Numbered from the whole stretch's first letter, positions 1-12,523 are shown. The stretch is DNA of 63,609 bases, filler included, from Cercozoa sp. M6MM (GCA_040357565.1; 10 parts of 10 records of this genome joined end to end with filler, not necessarily neighbours in it); one strand, 5' to 3'. Notes: generated from the sequence alone by a model not told the origin. A program made the numbers and translations.

Positions 1-62
1 CCCCCCCCCCCCCTCAACCAAGTTTTCTCATGCCCATTGCGTATATGCATTTCCAAATACAG

Positions 63-128
63 GGCAAGCGCGTGCAGTTGAGTGCTCCGGATGATGAGCC
101 CGAGTCTAAGCGTGTACGAGTCGAGTAG
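63..128 (+). CDS. Last exon of a truncated gene (GKRVQLSAPDDEPESKRVRVE*), NLS-like basic end
   Basis: Acceptor ...tacag at 62, open frame to TAG 126-128; upstream part lies outside the window. Confidence 0.4.
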   Translation, partial: GKRVQLSAPDDEPESKRVRVE

Positions 129-372
129 GAAATCACTACCGCTATACCTAACACAGCGCTCACACAACAGTTACTCTAATTGGTAGTGTTTAGGGCATAC
201 TACACAATTAGCGTGTAAAAACGGTGTACGATACTTCGTGGTACCTAGTTAGATCACATCGTTATTCACGCGAGGTAACATATCGGCTACTTTCGTTCCG
301 TTCGCGTACCCTTAGTGTAGCGCAGTCGAGTACCTTCTCGAGTTTTCGCGTCGTTCAACTCAACGAAAGAAT

Positions 373-2056
373 TTACACGTACTGCACGGCCTTGGAGCAA
401 GCGTCGTCGAGGTCGTCCGCCATGATGACCTTGAGGCCCGAGGACTCGAGGATTTGCTTGCCGATGTCGACATTGGTGCCCTCAAGACGCACCACGAGCG
501 GCTTGTCGAGGTGGATGGCCTGCGCGGCCTGCACGATGCCCTCGGCGATGGTGTCGCAGCGCATGATGCCGCCAAAGATGTTGACGAGAATGGCGCGCAC
601 CTTCTCGTCGTCGTTGAGGATCGTGAAGGCCTCAGTTACCTGCTCGGTCGTGGCCGAGCCGCCGACGTCGAGGAAGTTGGCGGGGTCGCCGTTGTGCATC
701 CTGCACGGTCAATGTTACTGGGGGAGGGGGCAGATGGATGGAAGAAATAACATACTTGATGGCATCCATGGTGGCCATGGCGAGACCGGCGCCATTGACC
801 ATGCAGCCAATGTTGCCGTCGAGACCAATGTAGTTGAGGTCGAACTGCGAGGCACGCACCTCGCGCGGGTCTTCCATCGTCGTGTCGCGCATGGCAAACA
901 GCTGCACACAAGGCAGACAACCAGACATACAGACACTCCAACGCCCCAGGTGACTCGGATAAACACGCCCACCTCCTTGTGTCGGAAGGCGGCGTTCTCG
1001 TCAAAGCCAAGCTTGGCGTCGACGCAGAAGACCTGGCGCGCCGTGGGCTGCTCGTTGTCGCGCGTGAACACGAGCGGGTTAATCTCGACCTGCGTGCAGT
1101 CGTTGGCGATGAAGAGGTCGTACATGCCCTGGATCTGTCGCACCGCATCGGGCACGGCGTCCTCGTCAAAGCCAAGGAAGCGCGCCATCTGCTCGGCCTT
1201 GGCCGGCGTGCAGCCCTCGTGGATGTCGCACGGGATCGTCAGGATCGCCTCCGGGTTCTCCTCGGCCACCTCCTCGATGTCCACGCCGCCCATCGGCGAG
1301 CCCACCTGTGCGTACCATGCCATAACATACAGTCCAACACTGCCAGTACTGACGTACCATGACGGGACCGTCGTGCGCGCGATCCATGAGCAGCGCAAAG
1401 TACATCTCGCGGTCAAAGTCGACGCCCTCGTGCACGAGCACCTTGCTCACAAGCTGACCGTGCGCGTCGGTCTGCTTGGTCACCAGCGACTGACCTACAA
1501 TACCAGACGACAAAACGTATCAGTGCGCCTAGCTAGGTACGTAGGTGTAGGGGAGGAGAAAGAGAGATGGGTACCAAGCATCTGCTCCGACGCGTCGCTC
1601 ACCTCCTCGGGCGTCTGCAGGACGTGCACGCCGCCCTTGAAGCCCGTGGCCGGGAAGTGGCCCTTGCCGCGGCCACCGGCCAGCACCTGCGCCTTGACGA
1701 TGAGGTCACACGACGCGTTGCCATCACGCACCTTCTGCGCCGCCTCACGGGCCTCCTGCGCAGTGTCGGCCACGAAACCACGCTGCACGCGCACGCCGTA
1801 GCTGCAGCATAGCATGAAATAAAGACACGAAATCAAGTCGTGTCATATAAGCGAGGGTACTTTGCCATAAGCTCCTTGGCCTGGTACTCGTGCAGGTTCA
1901 GGAAACGCGCCTGCACCGTGCTACACATGAACACTATATATTGCGAGCTTCACCAAATGAACAAATACACGCACGTGTTGATCAAAAGTTTGGCAAGTAC
2001 TGCAGATTGTTTTTTCGGATAACTTACCGGCGGACTTGTTGCGAGAGGCGGTTCAT
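373..2056 (-). CDS. sucC: Succinyl-CoA ligase beta subunit, mitochondrial (ADP- vs GDP-forming not resolved)
   Basis: Spliced product [23 protein letters not shown]...[13 protein letters not shown]...VEINP...[14 protein letters not shown]...[20 protein letters not shown]...PANFLDVGG...[11 protein letters not shown]; Arg-rich presequence; GT-AG introns. Confidence 0.96.
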
Positions 2057-2298
2057 GTTTAGTATGTGAGAGCAGCACAGCTATGCAACGCCAGCGGTGT
2101 GTGCGAGCGGGCGTCGGCAAATCAGTATTAAAGGTGCGCTTGAGCCGTACATTTATGGCACGATTGTGTTTTTTGGGACGGCGGTTTTTGATAAAGATTC
2201 GAAACACTTTATTGGGCATCTGGCACGCCTGAGACGTGTGGGAGCCTGGGTTCGTGTTAGGAGTGCGAGGACACTGAGCATTGTGGCAGCTGCTCCCA

Positions 2299-2837
2299 AT
2301 GAGCGAGTCCTCCGATGCTGAAAAGGTATGTGCAGCGCGCCCCTTATCGCTCAAGCCTCGGTGAGTGCGTTTTTTGCGTGTTTTAGTGCTATTTTTCCCT
2401 TAGGTCCGCCCTGCTTCTGGTGTCCATTTCGAAAATCGGAGACCACCGTTGAGACCACTTTTGCACTTCAGTTTTGTGATGCGATTTTGATACTTTTGGC
2501 AATATTCGGTGTTGCCTTTCGAGAACCCAATTCGCAGTGAACTGTGTGTTTACCTTCCAGTTGTTTGATTGCACAGCTAATTGTTGGCTGGGTGGGCGAC
2601 CAGAAACCGCCCACCTGGGTCGACAAGAATGCCTATGCCGGGTGCCACCACTGCGAGCGCCCGTTTAAGCGCAACCACAAGCACCACTGTCGTCTGTGCG
2701 GACACATGCTGTGCAGCTACTGCTCGGGCAAGTACCACGTGCCAGCCGAGTTCCGGAAAAAAGGGAAGACTGGCCCCGTTCGCGTCTGCTGGGTATGTGG
2801 TGCTTCCGAAAGGGTCGCAGTTTGCCTATTGATGTGC

Positions 2838-2893
<56 letters not shown>

Positions 2894-2903
2894 NNNNNNN
2901 NNN

Positions 2904-2957
<54 letters not shown>

Positions 2958-4227
2958 TGTGTATATGTGTTTGTGTATGTGTGTGACAGGGTTGCCGCGA
3001 CCAATGCCTCGCTCGCCGCGTGCGTTTCTGCAAGTCGCTGACGGTGCGGCCGCACCAGAAGACGTCGTTTCAGTCGGGCAAGTTGCACATCCACCCGCCC
3101 GACTGGGTCGAACTCGACTCGTACTCAGACTGCTGGGAGTGTCACGCGCGCTTTGGCGGGTACACCTGCCCTCTCTCTCTGCTCACTTCCCTTTTGCATG
3201 CTTACCCTGCTGCGCGCGCGTGTGTATTTGCAGACACCCGTACCACTGTCGTCTGTGCGGCGAGATGTTCTGCAGTACCTGCACACTCAAGGAGCCGCTG
3301 CCAGACGCCTTCTGCAAGAAGGGCAAGAAGGGTCCAGTGCGAGTGTGCGGTGAGTGTCGCTACCGAATCAAGGCCGAAGCAGTGCTGGATGAGGTATGAC
3401 CTGCTCGCCCTCTCTCTTATGTGTCGGCATCTTCACCTGTCCCCCCCCCCCCCCCGCCGCGCGCAGGCACCGCCGCCGCGTGTGCCGGAGCTGTTGGTGC
3501 CGCCGTTTCTGGTGCCGCAGATGCAGGAGCAAGTGAGCAGTTTCGGCGCCTCGTCGCTCTCGATGGCGTCCAAGCAGCAGCAGCCGCGCTCGGCCAAGCT
3601 GTTGTCCGGCTCGGCCGCCGGTGCGACCGCTACGCCAGGAGGTGCCTGTGCCTGCCTCCCTGCCGTTCTGTTTCTTGCGCGTCAAGTGTATCCGTTGTGT
3701 TGCAGCCGAGGTCGTGCCCGAGGCACCGTCAGCAGCGGCAGCCTCAGCCACGGCAGCAGTGTCGCCACCTCCCGCACAGCCTGCGCAGCTCAGCGGCGGC
3801 CGCGCATCAGTCGTGGCCACGCAGGCACTGGCGCAGAAGCAGCTGCAGGAGGCTGCACTCGTGCAGATGTCGGTGCTGCGTGCTGGCAGCAGTAAGGAGC
3901 TTACACAGATCTCGGTACACTCCCCTGCCTACAGGTCACCGGGCTTCTGTTCTGTGTATGTGGGTGTGCCACCGATTCAGGTGCCGAAGGACGCCACACT
4001 CGAGCAGATCCATCAGTGCCTGCTCGAGAAGATTCCGAAGCTGCGCACGCGCGCCTTCCACTACGTGTTGCGCAACACGCCGGTGCCGCCGCCGTTCTTT
4101 TCGCTCTTTCCGGTCGAATGCTTCGAGGGCAAAGTCACGATCTCGCAGGGCACTCCGCGTATCGTCGTTGACACTGGCAACCGCGACTGTACCTCTCTCT
4201 CTCTCTCTCCCTCTGTCTCCCTATTTA

Positions 4228-4266
<39 letters not shown>

Positions 4267-4578
4267 TTCTGTCTTTCATATATAATATGTCTACCATCTA
4301 CCTATCTACTTCTTGTGTTCAGCAACCAAGGTGCGAAAGTCGGCGCAGAAGGACAGTAATGGCGTGCCTTTGGATGGCCGCTTCCGAGTGCGTGCCAAGT
4401 TTGACTACGACGCGCAAGCCGACAGCAACGTGAGTTTCAAGGCCGGACAAATCTTCTTGTGCTTCAAGCACGAGGAGGGCTCGCAGTGGTGGTTCGGCGA
4501 AGTCGAAAAACAACGTGGCTGGTTCCCGGCCTCTTACGTCGAAGTCTACAGTACGCTCTTCCCCTTCCTTTCGGTCTC

Positions 4579-4629
<51 letters not shown>

Positions 4630-4732
4630 GCTCACCTCAGAACCACAACCAGCGAGCGACGTCGACGCTACTTCTCAAAGTGTAGCAACGTCGTCGACTT
4701 CTGTGTCGTCCCCTGTGGCCTCGTCTGACTAG
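2299..4732 (+). CDS. Tandem FYVE-like zinc fingers, ubiquitin-like segment and C-terminal SH3
   Basis: WVDK..CHHC..HKHHCRLCG..CSYC..RVCWGC and WVELD..CWEC..HPYHCRLCG..CSTC..RVCGEC; SH3 AKFDYDA..WWFG..GWFPASYV. Start codon uncertain. Confidence 0.8.
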
Positions 4733-5253
4733 ATGGTCACGTCAGCGCTCGCAGACAGTGTTACACTTAGTTTTATAATAACGTGCATCTATCGATGCCA
4801 CAAATCATGCACGGCACTAAGCTCGTTGTTCTGTGCACTGCACAGTACTTTTTGGTGAACCAGCCCATTTGTGGCTCGCTCGATTCCGAAACGCCTTAGT
4901 ACCTGATCTACTCCGCCGTCAGCCGACGTAGAGCGCAGGACTGGGTGTGGGTGCATATCTTCTCGCCAGAACGGCACTAAGGTAGACCCGGCGCGTAGTT
5001 TTATTTTATCATGGGCTGTGTCAAGTGGGCTTTCCGCTCGCTGGCGGCGCCCCTGTGCATGCAGCAGCGATCGTGTTGTAGCTGTGCCCGCAAATCTACG
5101 TTGCCGAAGGTTGTTGCTTGCAGGGTGGGCGATTTTCGCTGGCGCTGTTTTGACCAGATTTCATTGGTTTTCGCGCGCATTTTCCGCGTGTTGTTTTTGA
5201 TCTTTGCTGAACCCGTGAAGTGACACTGTGTGATGCTTGGTGCTTGTATGCAG

Positions 5254-6253
5254 ATGACTGCGCCGGCAATGCCTCTGGAGGAGGCCTTGAAGCACCTGGC
5301 GCAGGTTCTTAGCCAAGGTGGCACTCTCAACTCCGCCGCCTTTGATGTGGTACTGTTCTTTGTTGTTGTAAGTTGCGCCGCCCTGTTCTGTAGCGGTGTA
5401 TCTATTCTGTGTGGTTGTTTATCTTAGGTATCCGAGGCAGCACTTGCTCCGCGAAGTGGCCTGCCGTCGCGTGCTGCTGACGAGTTGCTCACACAGTTCC
5501 GCGAGCATCCGGCTGCCTGGGCGTTGTGCGCGCAGTTGCTGCAGGAGAGCAAGTCGCCTCTTACACGTCAGCTCGCGCTGCAGAAGCTCGGTCGTGCCAT
5601 CAACCTGTCGTGGCGTGCACTCGACCCGCAGCAGCAGCAAGGCATTCGCAACTTCGTGGTACCCTCCCCTCCTCCTCCCGCTTGCTGCCTGTCCACGCGT
5701 TACCCCCCCCCCCCCCCGTCCCTGTCGTAACACAGCTGCAGAACTGCATGGAGCGCGCGCAGGCGGCACAGACGGACAGTGCGGTGGCGCGCGAGCTGCG
5801 CACGGGCTGGAACCTCGCGCTGATCTACATCGTCAAGCACACGTGGCCGGCGCAGTGGCCCGACTTTATTCCGGAGCTAGTGCGCTCGTCGCAGCACAGT
5901 GCCGCCGTGTGCTGCAACAACCTGCAGCTGCTGCAGCAGATGAGCGAGGAGCTTTTTGAGAACAAGAACGAAGGCGGCACGCTCGGCTCGGTGAACCTCA
6001 CGGCGTCGCGCCGCAAGGCGCTCAAGATGCAGCTCAACAAGGAGTTCGCGCCGCTGTTTCAGCTGCTGCTGTCGCTGCTGCAGCAGCACGACCCCAACGA
6101 CCCGCAGGGCCAGCAGCGCGGCACACCGGACGCGCGCATCGTTCGTACCACGCTGCGCACGCTGGAGAAGTTTCTGGCCTGGATCCCGGTAGAGTACATC
6201 TACGCCACGCCTCTCCTCGAGGTACGCTGCCTGCCTGTCTCCTCTCGTGTCTT

Positions 6254-6302
<49 letters not shown>

Positions 6303-6312
6303 NNNNNNNNNN

Positions 6313-6363
<51 letters not shown>

Positions 6364-6681
6364 GTAGTTGCTGTGTGCCAAGTACTTTGTGCCTGCGTAC
6401 CTGCGAGAGGTGTGGCCATGCCTGGTGGAAGTGGCGTCGCTAGACGCAGCCGAGGCACTGCGCGGCGCCGACATGGCCAAGCAGCGCGACTTTGAGAACA
6501 AGTCGGCGCAGATGTTTGCGCATATTGTTGGTGCGGCGCGGCAGGGTATTCTCGACCCGACGCAGGTGTCGGCCGAGGCACTGGCACGCCGCGTGGAGCA
6601 GGGCGACGCCGGACTCAGCGAGCAGTGTCATTACCTCGCCGTGTTCCTGACCTCGTTCTTCGTACCTTCATTTTGGACTGG

Positions 6682-6750
<69 letters not shown>

Positions 6751-8009
6751 ATGTGTGTGCATGTACGTGTATACGCAGAAGCAGAAGCGATTGCTGCTGG
6801 CACTGGAGGGTCGCGAGGACATGCAGGCGGCGCTGCACACGGCGCTGCAGCAGCTGCTGCGCATCGCGGCCATCGACGACCGCCGCATGTTCCGTATCTG
6901 CCTGGACTTCTGGACCGACTTTGTGTGCGACCTGCAGAGCTCGCGTGGTACCCTCTGTCTTGTGTCCCAGTCTGTGTTTACTGTGCCTTGTCGTTTACTG
7001 TGCCTTGTCGATACAGGCGGCGGTGGCAACACGCCTCGCTCGCGCCTGCTCGCCATGCAGCGCGGTGGTCTCGGTTTCTCGGGTATCGGCGGTCTCGGCG
7101 GCCTAGGCATGGGTGGCCTCGGCGGCTTGGTACCTTGTTCCCCTGTCCCTGTGTCGGTGTGTAGGTGTGACCTGTGTACGACTGATGTGTGCCATTGTAT
7201 GTGTGAGGCAGGCGGCGCAGGCGAACGCAGTACCGCGGCACGAGCGCTACGCGGCCGAGCTGAGCGAGATGCGGCGCGTGCTGATCACGCGCATGACGCG
7301 GCCCAAGGAGGTGATCATCACGACCGACGAGAACGGCAACGTCGTCAAGGAGTACATGACCGACAGCGACGCACTACAGTTGCACGCGCAGATGCGACGC
7401 ACGCTGCGCGCGCTGACGCAGCTGTCGCCCGAGGACACGGTGCGGCAGATGAACGAGCGCATCCGACGCCAGGCCGACTTCTCGGAGTACTCGTGGGACC
7501 GACTCAACTCGCTGTGCTGGGCCATCGGCGCCATCAGCGGCACCATGCGCGAGAAGAACGAGTCAACCTTCCTGGTCGACGTGATCCAGGTGCTGCTCGA
7601 CATGGTGGCCAAGCAGAACAACAAGAAGGACAAGGCCGTCATTGCCAGCAACATCATGTACGTCGTCGGGCAGTACCCGCGCTTCCTCAAGGCGCACTGG
7701 AAGTTCCTCAAGACCGTGCTCAAGAAGCTCTTGGATTTCATGCACGAGCGCTTCGAGGGTGTCCAGGAGATGGCCTGCGAGACCTTCCTGCGCATCGCCG
7801 ACACCTGCGGTAAGGCACTCGTGACGCTGCAGCCGCGCGATCCCGAGCAGGCGCAACACCAGCAGCCCTTCCTGCTGCACCACGTCATTGGCCGCGACAG
7901 TGCCGCTCTGGACGACCACGTGCGCGACCTGTCGCCTGAGCACCGCCGCATCTTCTACGAGGTGCGTGACTGTCATTGTCCTCGTTGGTTGATAAATACA
8001 CACACACGC

Positions 8010-8041
<32 letters not shown>

Positions 8042-9563
8042 GAGTGTGTGTGTGTGTGTAATTTTATATACATATATCTATATATATGTATATATATATA
8101 TGTGTGTGTGTGGGGCGTAGGCCTGCGGCGCAGCCATCCGCGCGGCCGTGGTGAACGGCAGGCGGCAGGAGGCGGCGCAGATGATCGAGCAGCTGATGTT
8201 ACTGCCGAACCGCGGCTGGCAGCAGATCGTGATGCGTGCCAACGAGAACGTGGCCACGCTGTTCGACGCCAACACGGCTACGATGCTGGCACACCTGCTC
8301 GACGTCAACGAGGCCGTGTGCCGCCGCGTGCAGGGCTCGGCCTTTCTGATGCAGCTGAGCACGATCTACCTCGACATGCTCAAGATGTACCGCGCCTACT
8401 CGCAGTTCGTGGCCGACGAGATTGCGCGCAAGGGCGCCATGGCGACGCAGCACCTGCTGGCCAAGCGCATGCGCACGGTCAAGAGTCGCACGCTGCGCCT
8501 GCTGGCTACGTTCGTGCGCACCGTCGACGACCGCGACGTGCCGCTCGTGGCCGAGAAGTTCCTGCCGCAGCTCATGGGCCCGGTGCTCGGCGACTACGAG
8601 CAGGCGGCCGCGCCGGAGGCACGCGAGGCGCAGGTGCTCGCGCTCTTCTCGGACTGCGTGTCGCGTGACTTGCACCGCCACGTGCCGGACCTGGTGCCGC
8701 GCGTCATGAGCGTGCTCTTTGGCTCGACGCTGCAGATGATCACGGCCGACTTTGAGGCTTTCCCGGACGTGCGCATCCAGTTCTACCGATTGCTGGTACC
8801 CCGTCTGTCCTGCTGCTTGTGCTGTGTGTGTGTATGTGTGCGTTTTTGTGTCCAGAGGGCGGTGTGCCAGCGCAGTGCCGACGTATTCTTCCGCATCTCG
8901 CCCGATGAGTTCAGCACGGTGATCCACTCGATCGTCTACGCCTTCCGGCACCTGCAGCGTGACGTTGCCGAAACTGGCCTTGAGATTGTACGCATTGCCT
9001 TTGTGCTCATGTGTGTTTCTGTGTGTCTGTGTGTCTGTATATCACTATCTCTATCTCTATCTCTGTGTCTCTGTCATGTACGAGTGCTCGTGCAGCTGGT
9101 CGACCTGTTGGCACGTGTCGAGAAGAGCAGTGGTGCCAACGAGTTCTTCCGCCGCTACTACGACCGACTGCTGACAGAGACATTTTCTGTGCTGACCGAC
9201 ACTCTGCACACGAGTGGTTTCTCGCTGCAGTGCAAGATCCTGGCGCGTCTCTTTGCCGTCGTCGAGCAGGGCAGCGTCACGGCGCCCCTGTGGAACGAGG
9301 CCGAGTACCAGCAGAAGGGCCAGGCACCGCCACCCAACAACCACGCGTTCGTGCGGCACAAGGTGACAACGATGCTGCGCAACGCGTTTGGCAACCTGTC
9401 GCCTGAGCTCGCTTCGCAGTTTGTCGCCAGCATGTTTAGCGCCAGTGGCGATACCGCCATGTTCGAGCGCACGATGCAGGACTTTCTCGTCAGTATCCGC
9501 GAAAACGTCGCCTTGCCGCCCGGCATGCAGCAGCAGCAGTCGTCGCCCGCGCCCAGGCCGTGA
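5254..9563 (+). CDS. XPO1: Exportin-1 / CRM1, divergent (9 introns)
   Basis: TWPAQWPDFI, MSEELF, KFLAWIP, HEAT9 loop RMTRPKEVIITTDENGNVVKE, SWDRLNSLCWAIGAISG, ASNIMYVVGQYPRFLKAHWKFLKTV, GVQEMACETF, DFLVSIRE. Confidence 0.95.
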
Positions 9564-9929
9564 GTTCGTCTGTGAGAACCCGACCCGCTCCTTTCATTTT
9601 GCGTACCTGACGTGAGTGACGTGTCGCCGCCTGGCCGGCCGGCTCTTTCGTTGCCGTCGCGATCGCGTTGTCGGTTGCGTCATCATTGAGTCCGGTTTTG
9701 GTTCACCCTGAACGTTGTCTTGGCGGTTTCATTAGCTAGTTATTCAAACCCTCAGCGCAACGTTTAGTCGCGTACTTGTGGCCTTCCAGTTGCCGATCGC
9801 GACGTCGACGTTTTTATTCGATGTCTCGTCCAGAACTATGAGCGCTAGTTCCGGGAACTAAACAAGACCGGGTGTTATGACTGCAATTGGATATCCACAG
9901 TCAGACGCGCCCGGCGGCGTACGACAAAG

Positions 9930-10028
9930 NNNNNNNNNNNNNNNNNNNNNNNNNNNNNNNNNNNNNNNNNNNNTTAATTAATTAANNNNNNNNNNNNNNN
10001 NNNNNNNNNNNNNNNNNNNNNNNNNNNN
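9930..10028. other. Synthetic contig linker N-TTAATTAATTAA-N (also at 17250, 31297, 33601, 37433, 42212, 48983, 53271, 61502)
   Basis: Identical 12-mer with stops in all six frames inside ~100-nt N blocks, nine times; genes are truncated at these points. Confidence 0.98.
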
Positions 10029-10080
10029 NCCGCTAGCAATACAGCGATCAGAGTGCCTTTACTGCTTCGACACGAATGCA

Positions 10081-12072
10081 GAGAAGGCGATTCAGGAGGC
10101 CGATATCATCTTCGTGTCGGTGAACACGCCGACCAAGACGTACGGTGAGGGTGCTGGCAAGGCGGCCGACCTGCGCTACTGGGAGCTCGCAGCACGCACC
10201 ATTCGTCGCGTGTCGACGTCGCCCAAGGTTGTTCGCCGTCTTGAGATGCTCTGTCTTTTGAGCTTTAAGGTGCACTGTATTCTGTCCGTTAGATCATTGT
10301 GGAGAAGAGCACGCTGCCCGTCCGAACGGCCGAGGCTATGGCGCGCGTGCTCAACACGAACGAAGATGTACAGCTCGCAAAGGAAGCTGTTGGTTCAGGG
10401 CGGCCACTTTTATACGTGTCTGTTGGATTGGACAGGGCATCAAGTACAGCATTCTGTCGTGTCCCGAGTTTCTTGCTGAGGTACAGACAATTTAGCGAGC
10501 CTCATGTACTTTCATTCACCCACGTGCTTTGCTGCAGGGCACTGCCATCCGCGACCTCGAGGCTCCCGACCGCGTGCTCATTGGTACCCGAGTTTCCCAG
10601 GCACAAGTGTCTGTTGTCTGTTAATACATCACACGGTACGTGCAGGTGGCAACGATGACAAGGCCGTGGATCGTCTGGTCTGGGTGTACCGCCACTGGGT
10701 TCCTGCCGAGCGCATTGTGACCACCAATCTCTGGTCGTCCGAGCTGTCGAAACTGACGGTACTCCTGTGCTATGCCACTGTGCACGCTTCCTGATCTACC
10801 TCTCCTTTGCTGCACAGGCCAACGCCTTCTTGGCTCAGCGTGTGTCGTCCATCAACGCCATCTCGGTACCTGTGAACCCACACACACCGAGCTACCCTTC
10901 CTCCACTCATTGAAGTGTTTGACAGGCTGTCTGCGAGAAGACTGGCGCCGACGTTGACGAAGTTGCGCACGCCATTGGCATGGTAAAGTGTTTGCCTGCG
11001 TATATATATATATATATATATTTATATTTATGCCCTCTCAGGACAAGCGAATCGGCAAGCACTTCCTTCGTAGCTCGGTCGGCTTTGGTGGCAGCTGTTT
11101 CCAGAAGGACATTCTCAACCTTGTGTACATTTGCGAGTCGCTCGGTCTGCCTGAGGTGCACTACTGTGCTGACACGACACTGTGTCCTGGTATGGGTCTA
11201 TCGGTGTGTGTCCTGTGTGGTCAGGTGGCCGAGTACTGGGAGGGTGTCGTCAAGATTAACGACTACCAGAAGCGCCGCTTCTCGCAGCAGATCCTGCGAT
11301 CGCTGGTGCCACTCTGCTATGTGACTAGTGACTGGTGTGACCAGTGTGACTCATTGTGACCTGTGTGTGTACGCGCAGTACAACACTGTGGCCGGCAAGC
11401 GCATCGCCATTCTCGGCTTTGCCTTCAAAAAGGACACGGGTGACACGCGCGAGACGGCCGCGATCTACGGTATCCCCAACCCTTAACCAGGTTTATCCAA
11501 GATAGTGCTGTACTCGCAGTGTGCAAGCAATTGGCGCAAGAGCGCGCTCTCCTGTCGATCTACGACCCGAAGGTACCTTGCGTGTACCCTTTTGTAGTTT
11601 CAGCTCCTTAATGAGTCACTCTCTCACTCTCTTTCTCTCTCAACACAGGTCGAGGACGAGCGCATGCGCCTCAACTTTGATTACTACGACGCTTTGCCGC
11701 AGGACAACAGTTTCGAGGACGTCGTCACTATTGCTCGTACGCTGTGGTCTGTCCCTTTTGGAGATGTCTGTGACATGCTGTGTACAGGCGACGCCTACTC
11801 TGCCACCGAGGGTGCCCACGCCTTGGCCATCATGACCGAGTGGGACGAGTTCAAGGACATTGACTTCCAGCGCGTCTACGACCACATGGAGAAGCCTGCC
11901 TTCGTGTTCGACGGTACCTGTCCTACCAGCCGTCCCACCTTTAAATGTGTCTCCCATTGTTGCTGGGGCAGGTCGCAACATCCTGGACCACGACGCCTTG
12001 CGTGAGATCGGTTTCACCGTGTATGGCATCGGCAAGCCCGGCGACTCCGTCGACAAGAACCTCTTCTGGTAA
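10081..12072 (+). CDS. UGDH: UDP-glucose 6-dehydrogenase, 5' end lost at linker
   Basis: [77 protein letters not shown]; 13 GT-AG introns of about 50-76 nt. Confidence 0.97.
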
Positions 12073-12198
12073 AGTCAGCGCAGTACTCGACTCGACTCAC
12101 CGTCGGTGTACAAGTAAAACTCCGGGTTCTGGAACGTTGAAGCCCACTTTTAAATACGCGTGCTAACTATCATCAGTGCATGAGCATATGCCCACTGT

Positions 12199-12523
12199 GG
12201 GAATCCTCCCCTATCGTCGGGTAAAATGTTGAGCCCATAAACCCGAGCCAACAAGCAGGCATAATGTTGATCAGTATAGCAAGATAGCACGTTTCACTGA
12301 CCCCCAGTATGTGCTCTATAAATACACTAGCCGTGTGCCGAGCATCATTAGCGATCGGGGCGCGTCGAGCGAAAATCGGGCAAATTGGTTGAAAAAAACA
12401 GTTCAGCGATGCCTAGACAACCACTACACATGTCCAGGCTCCACTAAAGGTAAAAATAGCGTGCTTCGCGACAGGTTTTTTTATGGGCTCACTCTTTTTA
12501 CCCGACGATAGGGGAGGATTCCC
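12199..12523. mobile_element. MITE-like element, 325 bp
   Basis: Perfect 28-bp TIR GGGAATCCTCCCCTATCGTCGGGTAAAA / TTTTACCCGACGATAGGGGAGGATTCCC, extended by TGAGCCCATAAA / TTTATGGGCTCA; related sequence at 44118-44200; no TSD seen. Confidence 0.8.

Noticed and set aside
224-1801. 525-aa plus-strand ORF (and similar long ORFs 8199-8951, 40625-41593)
   Set aside because: Antisense shadows of GC-rich coding exons; the real genes are on the other strand.
2846-2990. Cys-Val and His-Thr repeat proteins in the ORF track
   Set aside because: Translations of intronic (GT)n/(CA)n microsatellites, several spanning N gaps.
3915-3980. Stop-free in-frame introns (also about 14195-14245 and 60453-60513) as protein inserts
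   Set aside because: They have normal donors, acceptors and intron composition, and are expected by chance among many short introns.
9930-10028. Recurrent TTAATTAATTAA palindrome, and gene clusters spanning it
   Set aside because: Artificial six-frame-stop linker; adjacency across it is not biological.
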